Origin: a virus
Length of the DNA: 64,000 bases
IMG/VR virus record: IMGVR_UViG_3300020201_000009
Location: 32,001 to 96,000 of that record
Strand: one strand, 5' to 3'
Positions 53,933 through 63,289 of this stretch are shown piece after piece; position 1 is the first letter of the stretch; each line of letters starts with the position of its first letter. Both the position numbers and the translations under genes were made by a program. A model generated the notes under the pieces. It saw only the letters and a program-made list of their open reading frames with translations, was not told the DNA's origin and did not search any database.

Positions 53933-56551
53933 ATGAGTTTCTTAAAAGAGTGCGAACCTTACGTAATCGAAAATTACGGATATGTGCGTTTGCCCGAAAT
54001 CGTAATTACTTCAGCGCAAAAACAAGATCTTGGATTAGAGGATACTGCGACAAACCGAGAGTTTATCACCGCTTTAGCGCGTCGGGGATTTGGGAAGTAT
54101 GGAAAGAAGATTGATAAAAAGAAATACAAGACCTATGGGGATCGGGTAAAGTATGAATTGGATTTATTGGATGAATTAGGTTTTATCGATTATATTCTTC
54201 TCGTTTGGATGGTTATCCATAAAGCCAGAGAGCTAAACGTTTTTATTGATTACGGAAGAGGCTCCGTAGCCGGTAGTTGCGTTTGTTGGTTATTGGGTAT
54301 TTCTGGCGTTGATCCAATTAAATACGGCCTTTTCTTTGAAAGATTCGTATCTCGTGCTCGTGCGGGAATCAAACTTGTTGATGGGGTTGTTTATTTAAAG
54401 GGCGATCTTTTAGCCGATATTGATGTTAATTTAGGTGATGGTAGATCGGCTATTGTGGAATGGTTGAAAACTGTTTATCCGGGTAAGGTGGCGAATATTT
54501 TAAATCTTTCCACATTTACTACAAAGATTCTATTAAAGGATGTTTATAAGAATCTTGAAGAGGCCGATGAAAGAGAGGCTAGACGTATCGCGGATATGGT
54601 TGAAGTGAAATTTGGTATAGCCCAAACGATTGATGAAGCCTATGCCGCCAATCCAGACTTTAAGCTCTGGTGTGACGATCATAAAGAAGTAGTAGCTATC
54701 TCAAAGGGGCTTTCGGGTCTAGTCAGACAAGCATCGACCCATGCATCTGGTTATCTCGTATCTAATGTAGCCTTATATGATTTAATTCCCCTAGAGTTAA
54801 CGAAAGACGGAGAATGGGTAAGCGGCTTTGATATGAGAGACGCTGCGAACTTTGTCACCAAATTAGACCTACTTTCTCTCACGACAAATGCCGTGATCAA
54901 ACGGGTACTTGAAGCAATTCCTGAGACTATCGATGAAATCAATGAAAAGCTAGAAGATGATCCCTTCATTTATAACATTTTACAAGATCGATATGCTCGT
55001 TATGGCATTTATCAAATTTCGGCGGACACTGGCTATAATGTTACAAGAAAGATTAAGCCAAAGAATGTATTTGAGTTGTCTGACGTAAACGCTATAGCGC
55101 GTCCGGGGGCGCTCGCGTATCTAGACGGTTATGTTGAAAATAACCATCCCTGTGCGCATCCAGCTTTTGAACCCGTGTTAAAAGAATCTCGGAACTATTG
55201 CCTTTATCAAGAACAAATGATGAAGCTTGCCGTCGTTATCGGTTTTACTTTAGACGAAGCTGAAATGTTGAGAAAAATAGTCGGTAAAAAATTAGTCGAT
55301 AAAGTCAAAGAATGGAAAGAAAAGATTTATAATAAAGCTGAGCAAAATGGTTTCGAAAAAGAAATTGGAGATATCTTATGGAAAATTTTGGAAGATTCTG
55401 CAAAATATTCGTTTAATAAATCGCATTCGCTTTCTACATCGTTTTTAACCGCGTTAACGGTTTATTTAAAGTATAAGTATCCAGTTCAATTCTTTTGGAG
55501 TTGTTTGATTTCCGCTAAAGATCTTGCGAGCGCTCACGATGAAATTACCGAGATTCAAAAAGAACTGAGAGATTTTAATATCAAACTTTTGCCGCCCGAT
55601 ATCAGTAAGAACTATCCGGATTTTACAATTGATGGGGCTAATATTCGTTTTGGTCTATCGTCCATCAGGGGCTTAAAAGACAAGAACTTAGATAAAGTAA
55701 TCCTTCTCCGCAAGGAAAATGCGAATAAGTTGGAGTTATTTGAGGCATTACAGACAGCAAACATTCCAATAAATGTAGCTACTGCGCTTATTCTCAGCGG
55801 TTGCTTAAATCAACTAAATATTACTCGCAGTCGTTTACTATTGGAATACGAATTTTATACACTCCTTACTGGGAAAAACGAAACTAATTTGGTCCATACA
55901 GTTGCACCCCATTATAACTTTGATGTTTTGGAAACTGTTAGTCAGATGGTCAAAAATCTTAAGGATGAAAAGGGAAAGCCCCTGATGAAAGAATCTAGAC
56001 TGGAGACGATTAAAAAGAAATATTCTATATACAAAGAAAAATACCAAAGAAATTCGCAATTTGAAAAGTTAGCCTGTTACATTTATGAAAACGAATACCT
56101 CGGTTTCGCGTATTCAGAAAGTTTAAAACAGATTTATTCATCTAAAATTAATGATTTAGAGAGTACCTCAGATCTTCGTAAACTACCAGATAATAGCAAA
56201 GGAAGAGTGGCGGTTCTTATTGTTGATGAAGTAGAAAGAAGAATTTCCAAGAAGGGGTCGCCATATCTTCGGATCAATGGGAAAGATGACATGGGCTCAA
56301 TTACTATAATGATGTTTATGGAGGAAAGAATCGAAGCTATGAATAAGAATAACGGTGGTCCTTTAGATGAAGGTGATATTATTGTATGTCATGTGGACAA
56401 GAAAAGCGGGGACACGTATTGGTCTAACAATATTGTAAGACAAGAAAACCCGATATTACTCAAGAAAAGCCAAGTGGAAAAAATTCAAGAAAAAGAAGAG
56501 AAGAAAAATAAAAAAGATCAATTGGAGAACGCGGTAGACGCCGCAGTTTAA
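53933..56551 (+). CDS. dnaE: DNA polymerase III alpha catalytic core (no PHP domain)
   Basis: GRGSVAGS, FFERF, DIDVN, HASG, KLDLL, RPG, YQEQ, YSFNKSHS, IRFGL, C-terminal OB fold. Confidence 0.95.
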   Translation: MSFLKECEPYVIENYGYVRLPEIVITSAQKQDLGLEDTATNREFITALARRGFGKYGKKIDKKKYKTYGDRVKYELDLLDELGFIDYILLVWMVIHKARELNVFIDYGRGSVAGSCVCWLLGISGVDPIKYGLFFERFVSRARAGIKLVDGVVYLKGDLLADIDVNLGDGRSAIVEWLKTVYPGKVANILNLSTFTTKILLKDVYKNLEEADEREARRIADMVEVKFGIAQTIDEAYAANPDFKLWCDDHKEVVAISKGLSGLVRQASTHASGYLVSNVALYDLIPLELTKDGEWVSGFDMRDAANFVTKLDLLSLTTNAVIKRVLEAIPETIDEINEKLEDDPFIYNILQDRYARYGIYQISADTGYNVTRKIKPKNVFELSDVNAIARPGALAYLDGYVENNHPCAHPAFEPVLKESRNYCLYQEQMMKLAVVIGFTLDEAEMLRKIVGKKLVDKVKEWKEKIYNKAEQNGFEKEIGDILWKILEDSAKYSFNKSHSLSTSFLTALTVYLKYKYPVQFFWSCLISAKDLASAHDEITEIQKELRDFNIKLLPPDISKNYPDFTIDGANIRFGLSSIRGLKDKNLDKVILLRKENANKLELFEALQTANIPINVATALILSGCLNQLNITRSRLLLEYEFYTLLTGKNETNLVHTVAPHYNFDVLETVSQMVKNLKDEKGKPLMKESRLETIKKKYSIYKEKYQRNSQFEKLACYIYENEYLGFAYSESLKQIYSSKINDLESTSDLRKLPDNSKGRVAVLIVDEVERRISKKGSPYLRINGKDDMGSITIMMFMEERIEAMNKNNGGPLDEGDIIVCHVDKKSGDTYWSNNIVRQENPILLKKSQVEKIQEKEEKKNKKDQLENAVDAAV

Positions 56552-56554
56552 TTA

Positions 56555-56878
56555 ATGCAAGCACGAGATGAAATGAAAGAAAAAATTCATAATTATATCG
56601 AGGAAAACGGTTTGGAAATTCTTGGGCATCTGGAGGAGGATGCCAAGGAAGATATTTGCGAGCATTTGCTAATCTTCCCCTCTCAGTATGTTTTTTGGAC
56701 CATACTGAATGGTAGATTTATCGGTTATATGTATAGTTTAGGTCTGGTTAATCGTCTTAGAGCGGAAGGCTTTAACGAAACAGAAATTGCTAACGAAGCG
56801 GTATATATTAAGACGGAAAGCCTAGACCGATTTCTAGAGCTACTTACACCGAATGACATTAAAAATCAACAAAATTAA
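56555..56878 (+). CDS. Hypothetical protein
   Basis: 107-aa ORF in the operon. Confidence 0.6.
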   Translation: MQARDEMKEKIHNYIEENGLEILGHLEEDAKEDICEHLLIFPSQYVFWTILNGRFIGYMYSLGLVNRLRAEGFNETEIANEAVYIKTESLDRFLELLTPNDIKNQQN

Positions 56879-57338
56879 AATGACACTATTACTAAAAAAA
56901 GTTACACCTCTAGATATTAAAAAGAACGGATTAGCTAGTCTGTTAACTCATAAGTTTATATCCGTTTATGCGGTTTCGGACCCAGCTATTGACGGAGATA
57001 TGACTTTTGGATATTATAAGTCGGTAAACAATATCGTTTATTCGACTAACTTATTTATCACCGCTAGTCTAGCAAAGGATCTTACGGAAGGCTACAAAGT
57101 TTTAACTGACTATTTTACCCCTAAATTTATTTTTAAAAATAATGTCATTAGCCCAATTGTGTATACACAAAAAAATGAAAGTGGTTTTCAAGTAATGGTA
57201 AGATGCAAATATAACTTCCAACCAGAAGACACTGTCGAAGAAAATCTGGCATCTGTTAATTTAGATAAAATTTATAAAAATGGCGACGTTCTTCTAGATA
57301 TTCGCCCAACCTTAGCTTTCCATGTCTTAAAGTCTTAA
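56853..57338 (+). CDS. Hypothetical protein
   Basis: Start at 56853 or 56880. Confidence 0.6.
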   Translation: MTLKINKIKMTLLLKKVTPLDIKKNGLASLLTHKFISVYAVSDPAIDGDMTFGYYKSVNNIVYSTNLFITASLAKDLTEGYKVLTDYFTPKFIFKNNVISPIVYTQKNESGFQVMVRCKYNFQPEDTVEENLASVNLDKIYKNGDVLLDIRPTLAFHVLKS

Positions 57339-57339
57339 T

Positions 57340-57984
57340 ATGTACACTATCACCAAAGTCAATTCTAACGTTAAAAAAGAAATGGCAGTGAGTGTTAACG
57401 ATAAGCCAGTCTTAGCGGTCAGTGAATATACTTCCTACAAGCAAGCAGGTAACTACTACCTTTACGGCAGAATCGAAGAAGAGACGATTAAGCCCGTTAT
57501 CGAATGGATTTTCGATGAAAACTATAGAAATAAACACACCCACTTAAATCTTATTATTACATCTCAGGGGGGTGCGGTTATAGACTGCTTTGCTCTACTT
57601 GACGCCATGGAAGGCTCATATATTCCGGTAAATACATTGGGCATGGGTCAAATAGCATCCTGTGGTTTAATTATCTTTTTAGCGGGGCAAAATAGAGTTT
57701 TAACACAAAACACCCAAGTTTTGTCCCATCAATGGTCGGGCGGGAATTACGGAAAGGGGCATGAATTGTTGGCGGGTCGAAAAATTGAAGACTGGCTGAC
57801 AGATAAATTAAATAATTATTATGCAGAAAAGACGGGCCTTTCTCTGAATTTTATCAAGAAAAATCTTTTACCAGAATCAGATGTGTATCTGACTCCAGAA
57901 GAGGCGTTAAAGTATAATATCTGTACGGAAATTCGCGGAAGAAAATGGCAACCAAAAGAACAAAAAAAATCAAAGAGCAAGTAG
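57340..57984 (+). CDS. clpP: ClpP-like serine protease
   Basis: ITSQGG.V, GQIASCG (Ser), LSHQ (His), SDVYLTPEEAL (Asp). Confidence 0.9.
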   Translation: MYTITKVNSNVKKEMAVSVNDKPVLAVSEYTSYKQAGNYYLYGRIEEETIKPVIEWIFDENYRNKHTHLNLIITSQGGAVIDCFALLDAMEGSYIPVNTLGMGQIASCGLIIFLAGQNRVLTQNTQVLSHQWSGGNYGKGHELLAGRKIEDWLTDKLNNYYAEKTGLSLNFIKKNLLPESDVYLTPEEALKYNICTEIRGRKWQPKEQKKSKSK

Positions 57985-58571
57985 TCGAAGAAAAGAAAAT
58001 TTTGGCTATTATTGGCAGCGCTGGCAGAAATGAAGATTTTAATCACTACACTATTGAAAAATGGAATGAATCAAAAAGAATTCTGTTGAAAGTTGTACAA
58101 GATAATAAATTTAAAACTATTATATCGGGAGGTGCGGCTCATGTTGATCATTTGTCGGTTCAAATGTTTAATAAGGGTTTGGTAGATAAACTTTACTTAG
58201 AACTACCGTGTAATTTCGATGAAAAAAAAGTACAGTATTACGACGAACAAGATTATAACACAATGAATGTCACAAACTATCATCATGAAACATTTTCTCA
58301 AAAATTTAGAATCAATAGCTTAGCCCAAATTAAAGAGGCGATGCGTAATGGAGCGAAATGTACAATCGGACTGGGTTTTTACGACAGAAATGTATCTATT
58401 GCTTCGAAGGCAACTGACTTAATTGCATTTACTTTTGGTAATTTGGATCAAGTTAAAGTTAAGAGTGGTACGGCGCATACGGTATTTTCGTTTTTAAATC
58501 GGCATCCAAATGGGAAAACATGGCATGTTGATTTAAACACGATGCGTATACATGAAGGAATTAGAATTTAA
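57945..58571 (+). CDS. SLOG/DprA-like (YspA-type) nucleotide-binding protein
   Basis: AIIGS, ISGGA..VD, F..RN..IA, LIAF, SGT..T. Confidence 0.65.
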   Translation: MATKRTKKIKEQVVEEKKILAIIGSAGRNEDFNHYTIEKWNESKRILLKVVQDNKFKTIISGGAAHVDHLSVQMFNKGLVDKLYLELPCNFDEKKVQYYDEQDYNTMNVTNYHHETFSQKFRINSLAQIKEAMRNGAKCTIGLGFYDRNVSIASKATDLIAFTFGNLDQVKVKSGTAHTVFSFLNRHPNGKTWHVDLNTMRIHEGIRI

Positions 58572-59134
58572 TGAAAAAAACAGTATTTTTAGACTTAGAC
58601 GGAGTAATCGCTAATTGGACGAAGAGGACAGTTGAAAGCACGTTTAAGTTAAACTATGAAGATGTAACAGGGTTCAGTCGCGAAAAGTTTATTCCATTCA
58701 TTACTGATAGAACGGGGTTGACAAAAACAAATATTAACGCTAAAATTTACGAAAATGACTCTGTTGATTTTTGGACTGGAATCGAAAAATATTATTGGGC
58801 CGATGAATTGGTGACATTAGTAAATCGTAATAGCTATCAGTGGTTTTTCCTTACAAAGCCTATGAGGAGTCCCGAGTGTTATTTTGGAAAAGCGCAATGG
58901 ATTAAGAAATACTATCCAGCATTCTTCCATAAGTTAATTATTACCCCCGGAAGTAAAGGTCTATGTGCTAGAAATTTAGACTGTATATTAATTGACGATA
59001 ACCTCAAGAATATTGAGGAATGGGTCGAGGCGGGCGGCGCAAGTTTTCCTTGGTTGGAAGTTAGCAGTAATCCATTGAAATCTTCGGATGTAGTAAAAGA
59101 CCGTATCGAAAAAATTAAAATTATATTATCATGA
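58571..59134 (+). CDS. HAD-family 5'(3')-deoxyribonucleotidase
   Basis: FLDLDGVIAN, FLT.P, GKAQWI, LIDDN..N...W..AGG. Confidence 0.85.
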   Translation: MKKTVFLDLDGVIANWTKRTVESTFKLNYEDVTGFSREKFIPFITDRTGLTKTNINAKIYENDSVDFWTGIEKYYWADELVTLVNRNSYQWFFLTKPMRSPECYFGKAQWIKKYYPAFFHKLIITPGSKGLCARNLDCILIDDNLKNIEEWVEAGGASFPWLEVSSNPLKSSDVVKDRIEKIKIILS

Positions 59135-59391
59135 GAAGAGTTAAAATCACTAAAATCGCTACTATAAACGTAAACCCGAATGGTATTGATGATGCTTATT
59201 GGGCGATTGGGACGATTGTAGCGGAACCGACTGTGGGTAATCAATTCACGATCTATCGCGAATCAAATATTCATAAGGTCGGTCACGGAGTTTTTAAAAC
59301 CTCTCTAGTTGTCTTCGTAACGCCGACTGAAGATGGAAAAATTTTTATTAAAACAGAAAATGGTGAGTATTCACTAGAAAACCATGCCTAG
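59131..59391 (+). CDS. Hypothetical protein
   Basis: ATGA-coupled 86-aa ORF. Confidence 0.6.
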   Translation: MRRVKITKIATINVNPNGIDDAYWAIGTIVAEPTVGNQFTIYRESNIHKVGHGVFKTSLVVFVTPTEDGKIFIKTENGEYSLENHA

Positions 59392-59851
59392 TAAACTTAT
59401 TCTTTTATCGGGAATGCCGGCTTCGGGTAAAAGTACTTACGCCCTTAAGTTGTCCAAAGAAATTGGTTATGTGATTGAATGTGCTGATACTTGGAGGGGA
59501 ATTCTTTCTTCGACGGGTGACGAGGGAGATCAATCAAAAAACCTAGAAATCTTTTTTTCGATTTTACCAAAACAAATCAAAAAACATTTAAATAATGGAA
59601 ATGGTGTCATCATTGATGTGACGGGTGTGAATAAGAGGACGAGAAAGATTTGGACTAAGTTCGCACAAGATAGCGATACAAACATTGATTGTCATTGGTT
59701 TAGACCAAATATCGATCAATCTCTAGAATGGAATAAAAATAGAAAGAGGCAGGTTCCCGAGGATATCATTGTAAAATATGAATTGAATTATAGAGAGCCC
59801 GGTCTAGAGGAGGGTTTTAAAGAAATTGTAGAGGTTGATTTAAAGAAATAA
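59384..59851 (+). CDS. Polynucleotide kinase (AAA_33 P-loop)
   Basis: GMPASGKST, AD..R, IIDVT....R, RKRQVPE...PG..EGF. Confidence 0.85.
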   Translation: MPSKLILLSGMPASGKSTYALKLSKEIGYVIECADTWRGILSSTGDEGDQSKNLEIFFSILPKQIKKHLNNGNGVIIDVTGVNKRTRKIWTKFAQDSDTNIDCHWFRPNIDQSLEWNKNRKRQVPEDIIVKYELNYREPGLEEGFKEIVEVDLKK

Positions 59852-59853
59852 TA

Positions 59854-60702
59854 ATGCCAAGAAAATTACCACAATTAATTACTGTAAAGTCAGACGCTGT
59901 TATTAAAATGTTTTTTGATTTTTATGTCCTAAATGAAATATGGTTTAAACTTGTAGCAAAAGATGTTATCTATGGATATAAAACCGATACAATTATTCCT
60001 TTCAGAAGAGAAAGCGTTTTAAATGAGGCGTTTTTAGAAATTTGTGAAAAATTAAAATTTTTAATGGTTAATAGTTTGGAATGGAGCGTTCGTCGAGAAT
60101 GCAGGCATTTTAACATATATGGCCCCTTGGGAACTCTAATAAGTCGTAAATCATTGAAAAAATTAATGATAAAAGCGATTTCTCATAATGATCAAAAAGA
60201 TATTAAAAAAATTAAAGAAGAAATAAATGCGAGAAAACAACATAATTCTTTTATTAAGAAAAATAAACCTTGGAGTAAATGCTCTCTAGAGGCAATTCGC
60301 GAGGCTTTCATGATGGAAGGGTGGGACTCTGAATTTGGCGGCGTTAAATGGGGAGAAGGTACAAATTATTTAATTAAGTTAAAAGAATCAAAATCAATTA
60401 AAGATGATATTTTTTATATCGATAGAATCTTCGACCTCCAACATAATAACGGATTTATTTTAAATAAGACATGTTTTGAGGCTTTGGAAAATTTATGTTT
60501 GATAGATCTGAATCCAAAAATTAAAACAATCCATAGTCACGTAGATGATTATTGTTTGCTAGATGCCAGATTTGAACTATCTATAGAAATCCTATCTAGT
60601 TTTTGCTCGCCCAAAGTTAAAAAACTTTATCAATCCAATAAACATTTGTTACAAGGTAATTTTGAAAAGTATTATATTGGAGAGAAAATTAATACTAGAT
60701 GA
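59854..60702 (+). CDS. Hypothetical protein
   Basis: 282 aa; notable GG.KW and IDRIFDLQHNNG motifs, function unknown. Confidence 0.65.
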   Translation: MPRKLPQLITVKSDAVIKMFFDFYVLNEIWFKLVAKDVIYGYKTDTIIPFRRESVLNEAFLEICEKLKFLMVNSLEWSVRRECRHFNIYGPLGTLISRKSLKKLMIKAISHNDQKDIKKIKEEINARKQHNSFIKKNKPWSKCSLEAIREAFMMEGWDSEFGGVKWGEGTNYLIKLKESKSIKDDIFYIDRIFDLQHNNGFILNKTCFEALENLCLIDLNPKIKTIHSHVDDYCLLDARFELSIEILSSFCSPKVKKLYQSNKHLLQGNFEKYYIGEKINTR

Positions 60703-61072
60703 AACGGGATTAAAAATAGTATTAGAAAAAGATTTTATAAAATACTATAAGTGGTTAGTGGAATCCCATACGTATAAAACAATACAGCTTATTTGCCCTA
60801 AACACGGCGCGCATATTACAATCGTATCGAGCAAATTACATAAAGAGTTTGATAGGATAAAATTAAGTCAGTATAACAATCAGTTAGTCAGTTTTATATA
60901 CAACCCAGAGGATATCAGAGTCGGCGGCAATGATTTTACCAATTATTGGTTGCCAGTTTTGTTTCCTCTTGGAGATCAGATTAAGATAGACCTAGGTATA
61001 GTCGAAAGTGACTTTCTAGGTTTTCATATTACAATAGCAAATAATAAAAATAAAGCAAGGTATAATCAATGA
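60662..61072 (+). CDS. 2H phosphoesterase (LigT/Acb1-like)
   Basis: Two HxT motifs, AHITIV and FHITIA, about 70 aa apart; exact start uncertain. Confidence 0.8.
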   Translation: MKSIILERKLILDETGLKIVLEKDFIKYYKWLVESHTYKTIQLICPKHGAHITIVSSKLHKEFDRIKLSQYNNQLVSFIYNPEDIRVGGNDFTNYWLPVLFPLGDQIKIDLGIVESDFLGFHITIANNKNKARYNQ

Positions 61073-62436
61073 AGTTATCAGTTAAAGCAGAAAATACAAA
61101 TTACGCAGCGGAAATATTCCTACTACCGAAACCATGTAAACACCCAAATGCCGATAAGCTTTCTTTAATTAATTTTAAAGGAAATGTAATCATTACCGGG
61201 ATGAATTCCCGCGAGGGTGATTTATATGTTTACTTTCCTTTGGAAACCGCTATTAATAAAGAATATCTCTCATGGTCTAATTCTTTCAGTCACCCAGAAT
61301 TAAATGCGAACACGAAAGTGCAGGGGTTCTTTAATGACGCTGGGAGAGTGAGGGCGGTAAAGTTGCGATCTCAACCTTCGATGGGTTATATTGTCCCACT
61401 TACCGATTTAATATTATGGTTGGATGCAAAGAAAATTAAATGTTCGGTTGAAGATTTTACGGTTGGTACAGAGTTTGATTATATTGACGAAAAGATTGTT
61501 TTGTGTGAAAAGTATGTCAATATTGAAGCTCTGCGTAAATTAGACAGTCTTACTAGAAATAATTCGAAAAAGGGAAAGGTAAAGAGAACGTCTAAGTTAG
61601 TTGACGATCAATTTAGGTTCCATATTGATACCGAACCTCTCAAGAAAAATATCCACCTTATTAAGCCCGAAGATAATATTACCGTATCGTATAAAATACA
61701 CGGATCTTCAGCTGTCTACGCCCATATTCTAGTCAAACGTAAGCTGTCCACTCTTGATAAAATCGCCCGTTGGTTCGGGGTAAAAGTGGAAGAGACTAAA
61801 TATGACTACGTATATTCAAGTCGCAAAGTTGTAAAAAATGAATATGAAGTGGAAGAAAAGCAAAACCTTCATTATTACGATTCTAATATTTGGAGTCTTA
61901 CTGGAAAAATTGTAAATGATTCTATCAAACCTGGAATTACCTTATATGGAGAATTGGTTGGGCAAACACCATCTGGCAAATGGATTCAAAAGAATTACGA
62001 CTACGGGACATTGCCGAATCAGCAAGAGTTTTATGTATATCGTATTTCAATTACAAATGCCAAAGGAGATGTTTTTGAGTTCACAACAGAACAAGTCATC
62101 TCCTACTGCTCGATGCATGGTCTAAAAATGGTGCCGATTTTCTATCGCGGCAAAGCTAAAGATCTATTCCCAGAACTAAGTATAACAGAACATTGGAATC
62201 AGAATTTCTTAGATGCCTTACTAAAAAAATATACGGAGAAAGATTGTTATATGTGTACTAATAAGGTTCCAGAAGAGGGTATTGTTGTCGCAAAAGACGG
62301 CGTTACATTTACACCTTTTAAACTGAAATCTTTTCGTTTTCTTGAGGCCGAGTCGGTTCAACTGGACTCCGGGGAAATTGATATGGAGAGTGCAGAAAGC
62401 GTTGCGCCCGTAGCTGATCCAGAACCGGCAAAATAA
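61069..62436 (+). CDS. ATP-dependent RNA ligase (Rnl2/DRB0094-like)
   Basis: N-terminal HPNADKL OB-like domain; motif I KIHGS, YGEL, FYVY, EGIVV, FKLKS. Confidence 0.85.
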   Translation: MKLSVKAENTNYAAEIFLLPKPCKHPNADKLSLINFKGNVIITGMNSREGDLYVYFPLETAINKEYLSWSNSFSHPELNANTKVQGFFNDAGRVRAVKLRSQPSMGYIVPLTDLILWLDAKKIKCSVEDFTVGTEFDYIDEKIVLCEKYVNIEALRKLDSLTRNNSKKGKVKRTSKLVDDQFRFHIDTEPLKKNIHLIKPEDNITVSYKIHGSSAVYAHILVKRKLSTLDKIARWFGVKVEETKYDYVYSSRKVVKNEYEVEEKQNLHYYDSNIWSLTGKIVNDSIKPGITLYGELVGQTPSGKWIQKNYDYGTLPNQQEFYVYRISITNAKGDVFEFTTEQVISYCSMHGLKMVPIFYRGKAKDLFPELSITEHWNQNFLDALLKKYTEKDCYMCTNKVPEEGIVVAKDGVTFTPFKLKSFRFLEAESVQLDSGEIDMESAESVAPVADPEPAK

Positions 62437-62497
62437 CCATTGACGAGGGGGCGAAAAAGTCCCCTTCTAGAAGAGCACCGGAAAAAATTAAAAAAAC

Positions 62498-63049
62498 ATG
62501 AAAACATTCGCGATCATTAGTGGAATAGTATTTACAGGGTTTGTTTTATTTGCAGTCATCCTTGGAATATGGATAATGAGTATGTATAATACCCAGTCCT
62601 CTCTCAAAAATACTTATGAGTCTAAAATTGTTGCCAATAGGGCGGTTTTTGATAATACATACAAAAAGATTGATCAGTCGTCACAGGCGACACAAGCCCA
62701 AAAGAACGCTCTCAAAGAGATCTTTACTAGCTATGCCGAGGGCCGAGCTGGTAATGGTGGTGGAAGTCTTGCTACGTCAGTCAGGGAAGCAATTCCAGCG
62801 GTTGATGTATCGATTTACAAATCATTAATGAATGTAATTATCGGTGCTCGTGACGAATTCACAGCTAACCAAATTCATTTGGTAAGTATCGCCGAACAAT
62901 ATAATAAACATTTAGCGGTACAACCAAGTGGGTTTATTCTTGGCATGTTCGGTTTTACTAAAATCGACGCGAAGATTATCACTTCGACTCGGACGGAAAA
63001 TGTTTATGCAACCGGTAAAGATGACGATGTACAACTACCAATAAGATAA
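62498..63049 (+). CDS. LemA-like membrane protein
   Basis: N-terminal transmembrane helix followed by YN, helical body, YN...PSGFILG.FGF. Confidence 0.65.
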   Translation: MKTFAIISGIVFTGFVLFAVILGIWIMSMYNTQSSLKNTYESKIVANRAVFDNTYKKIDQSSQATQAQKNALKEIFTSYAEGRAGNGGGSLATSVREAIPAVDVSIYKSLMNVIIGARDEFTANQIHLVSIAEQYNKHLAVQPSGFILGMFGFTKIDAKIITSTRTENVYATGKDDDVQLPIR

Positions 63050-63053
63050 TATA

Positions 63054-63284
63054 ATGAACTTAGTTATTATATCCCTGATTTGGATGATTCTTGGAATTCC
63101 CCTTTCCTGTTTCATGATGGCGAATTTAAACATAGAAAAACCCGTCTTCGGAATTCTTGTTGCTTATTTTGCAATCGGACCCCTAGGATGGGCTTTCGGA
63201 ATTGTTAGCGTTATACTTGTATTTTTATTATTAATTTGGCTACTGATGAATAAGCGTAGCCTATGTGAATATTATTGCTACTAA
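63054..63284 (+). CDS. Small membrane protein
   Basis: 76 aa, highly hydrophobic. Confidence 0.55.
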   Translation: MNLVIISLIWMILGIPLSCFMMANLNIEKPVFGILVAYFAIGPLGWAFGIVSVILVFLLLIWLLMNKRSLCEYYCY

Positions 63285-63289
63285 TTTTT

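Noticed and set aside
35169-56551. Inteins or self-splicing introns in nrdA, recA, dnaB or dnaE
   Set aside because: Protein lengths are normal or short, and no intein terminal motifs or interrupted reading frames were seen.
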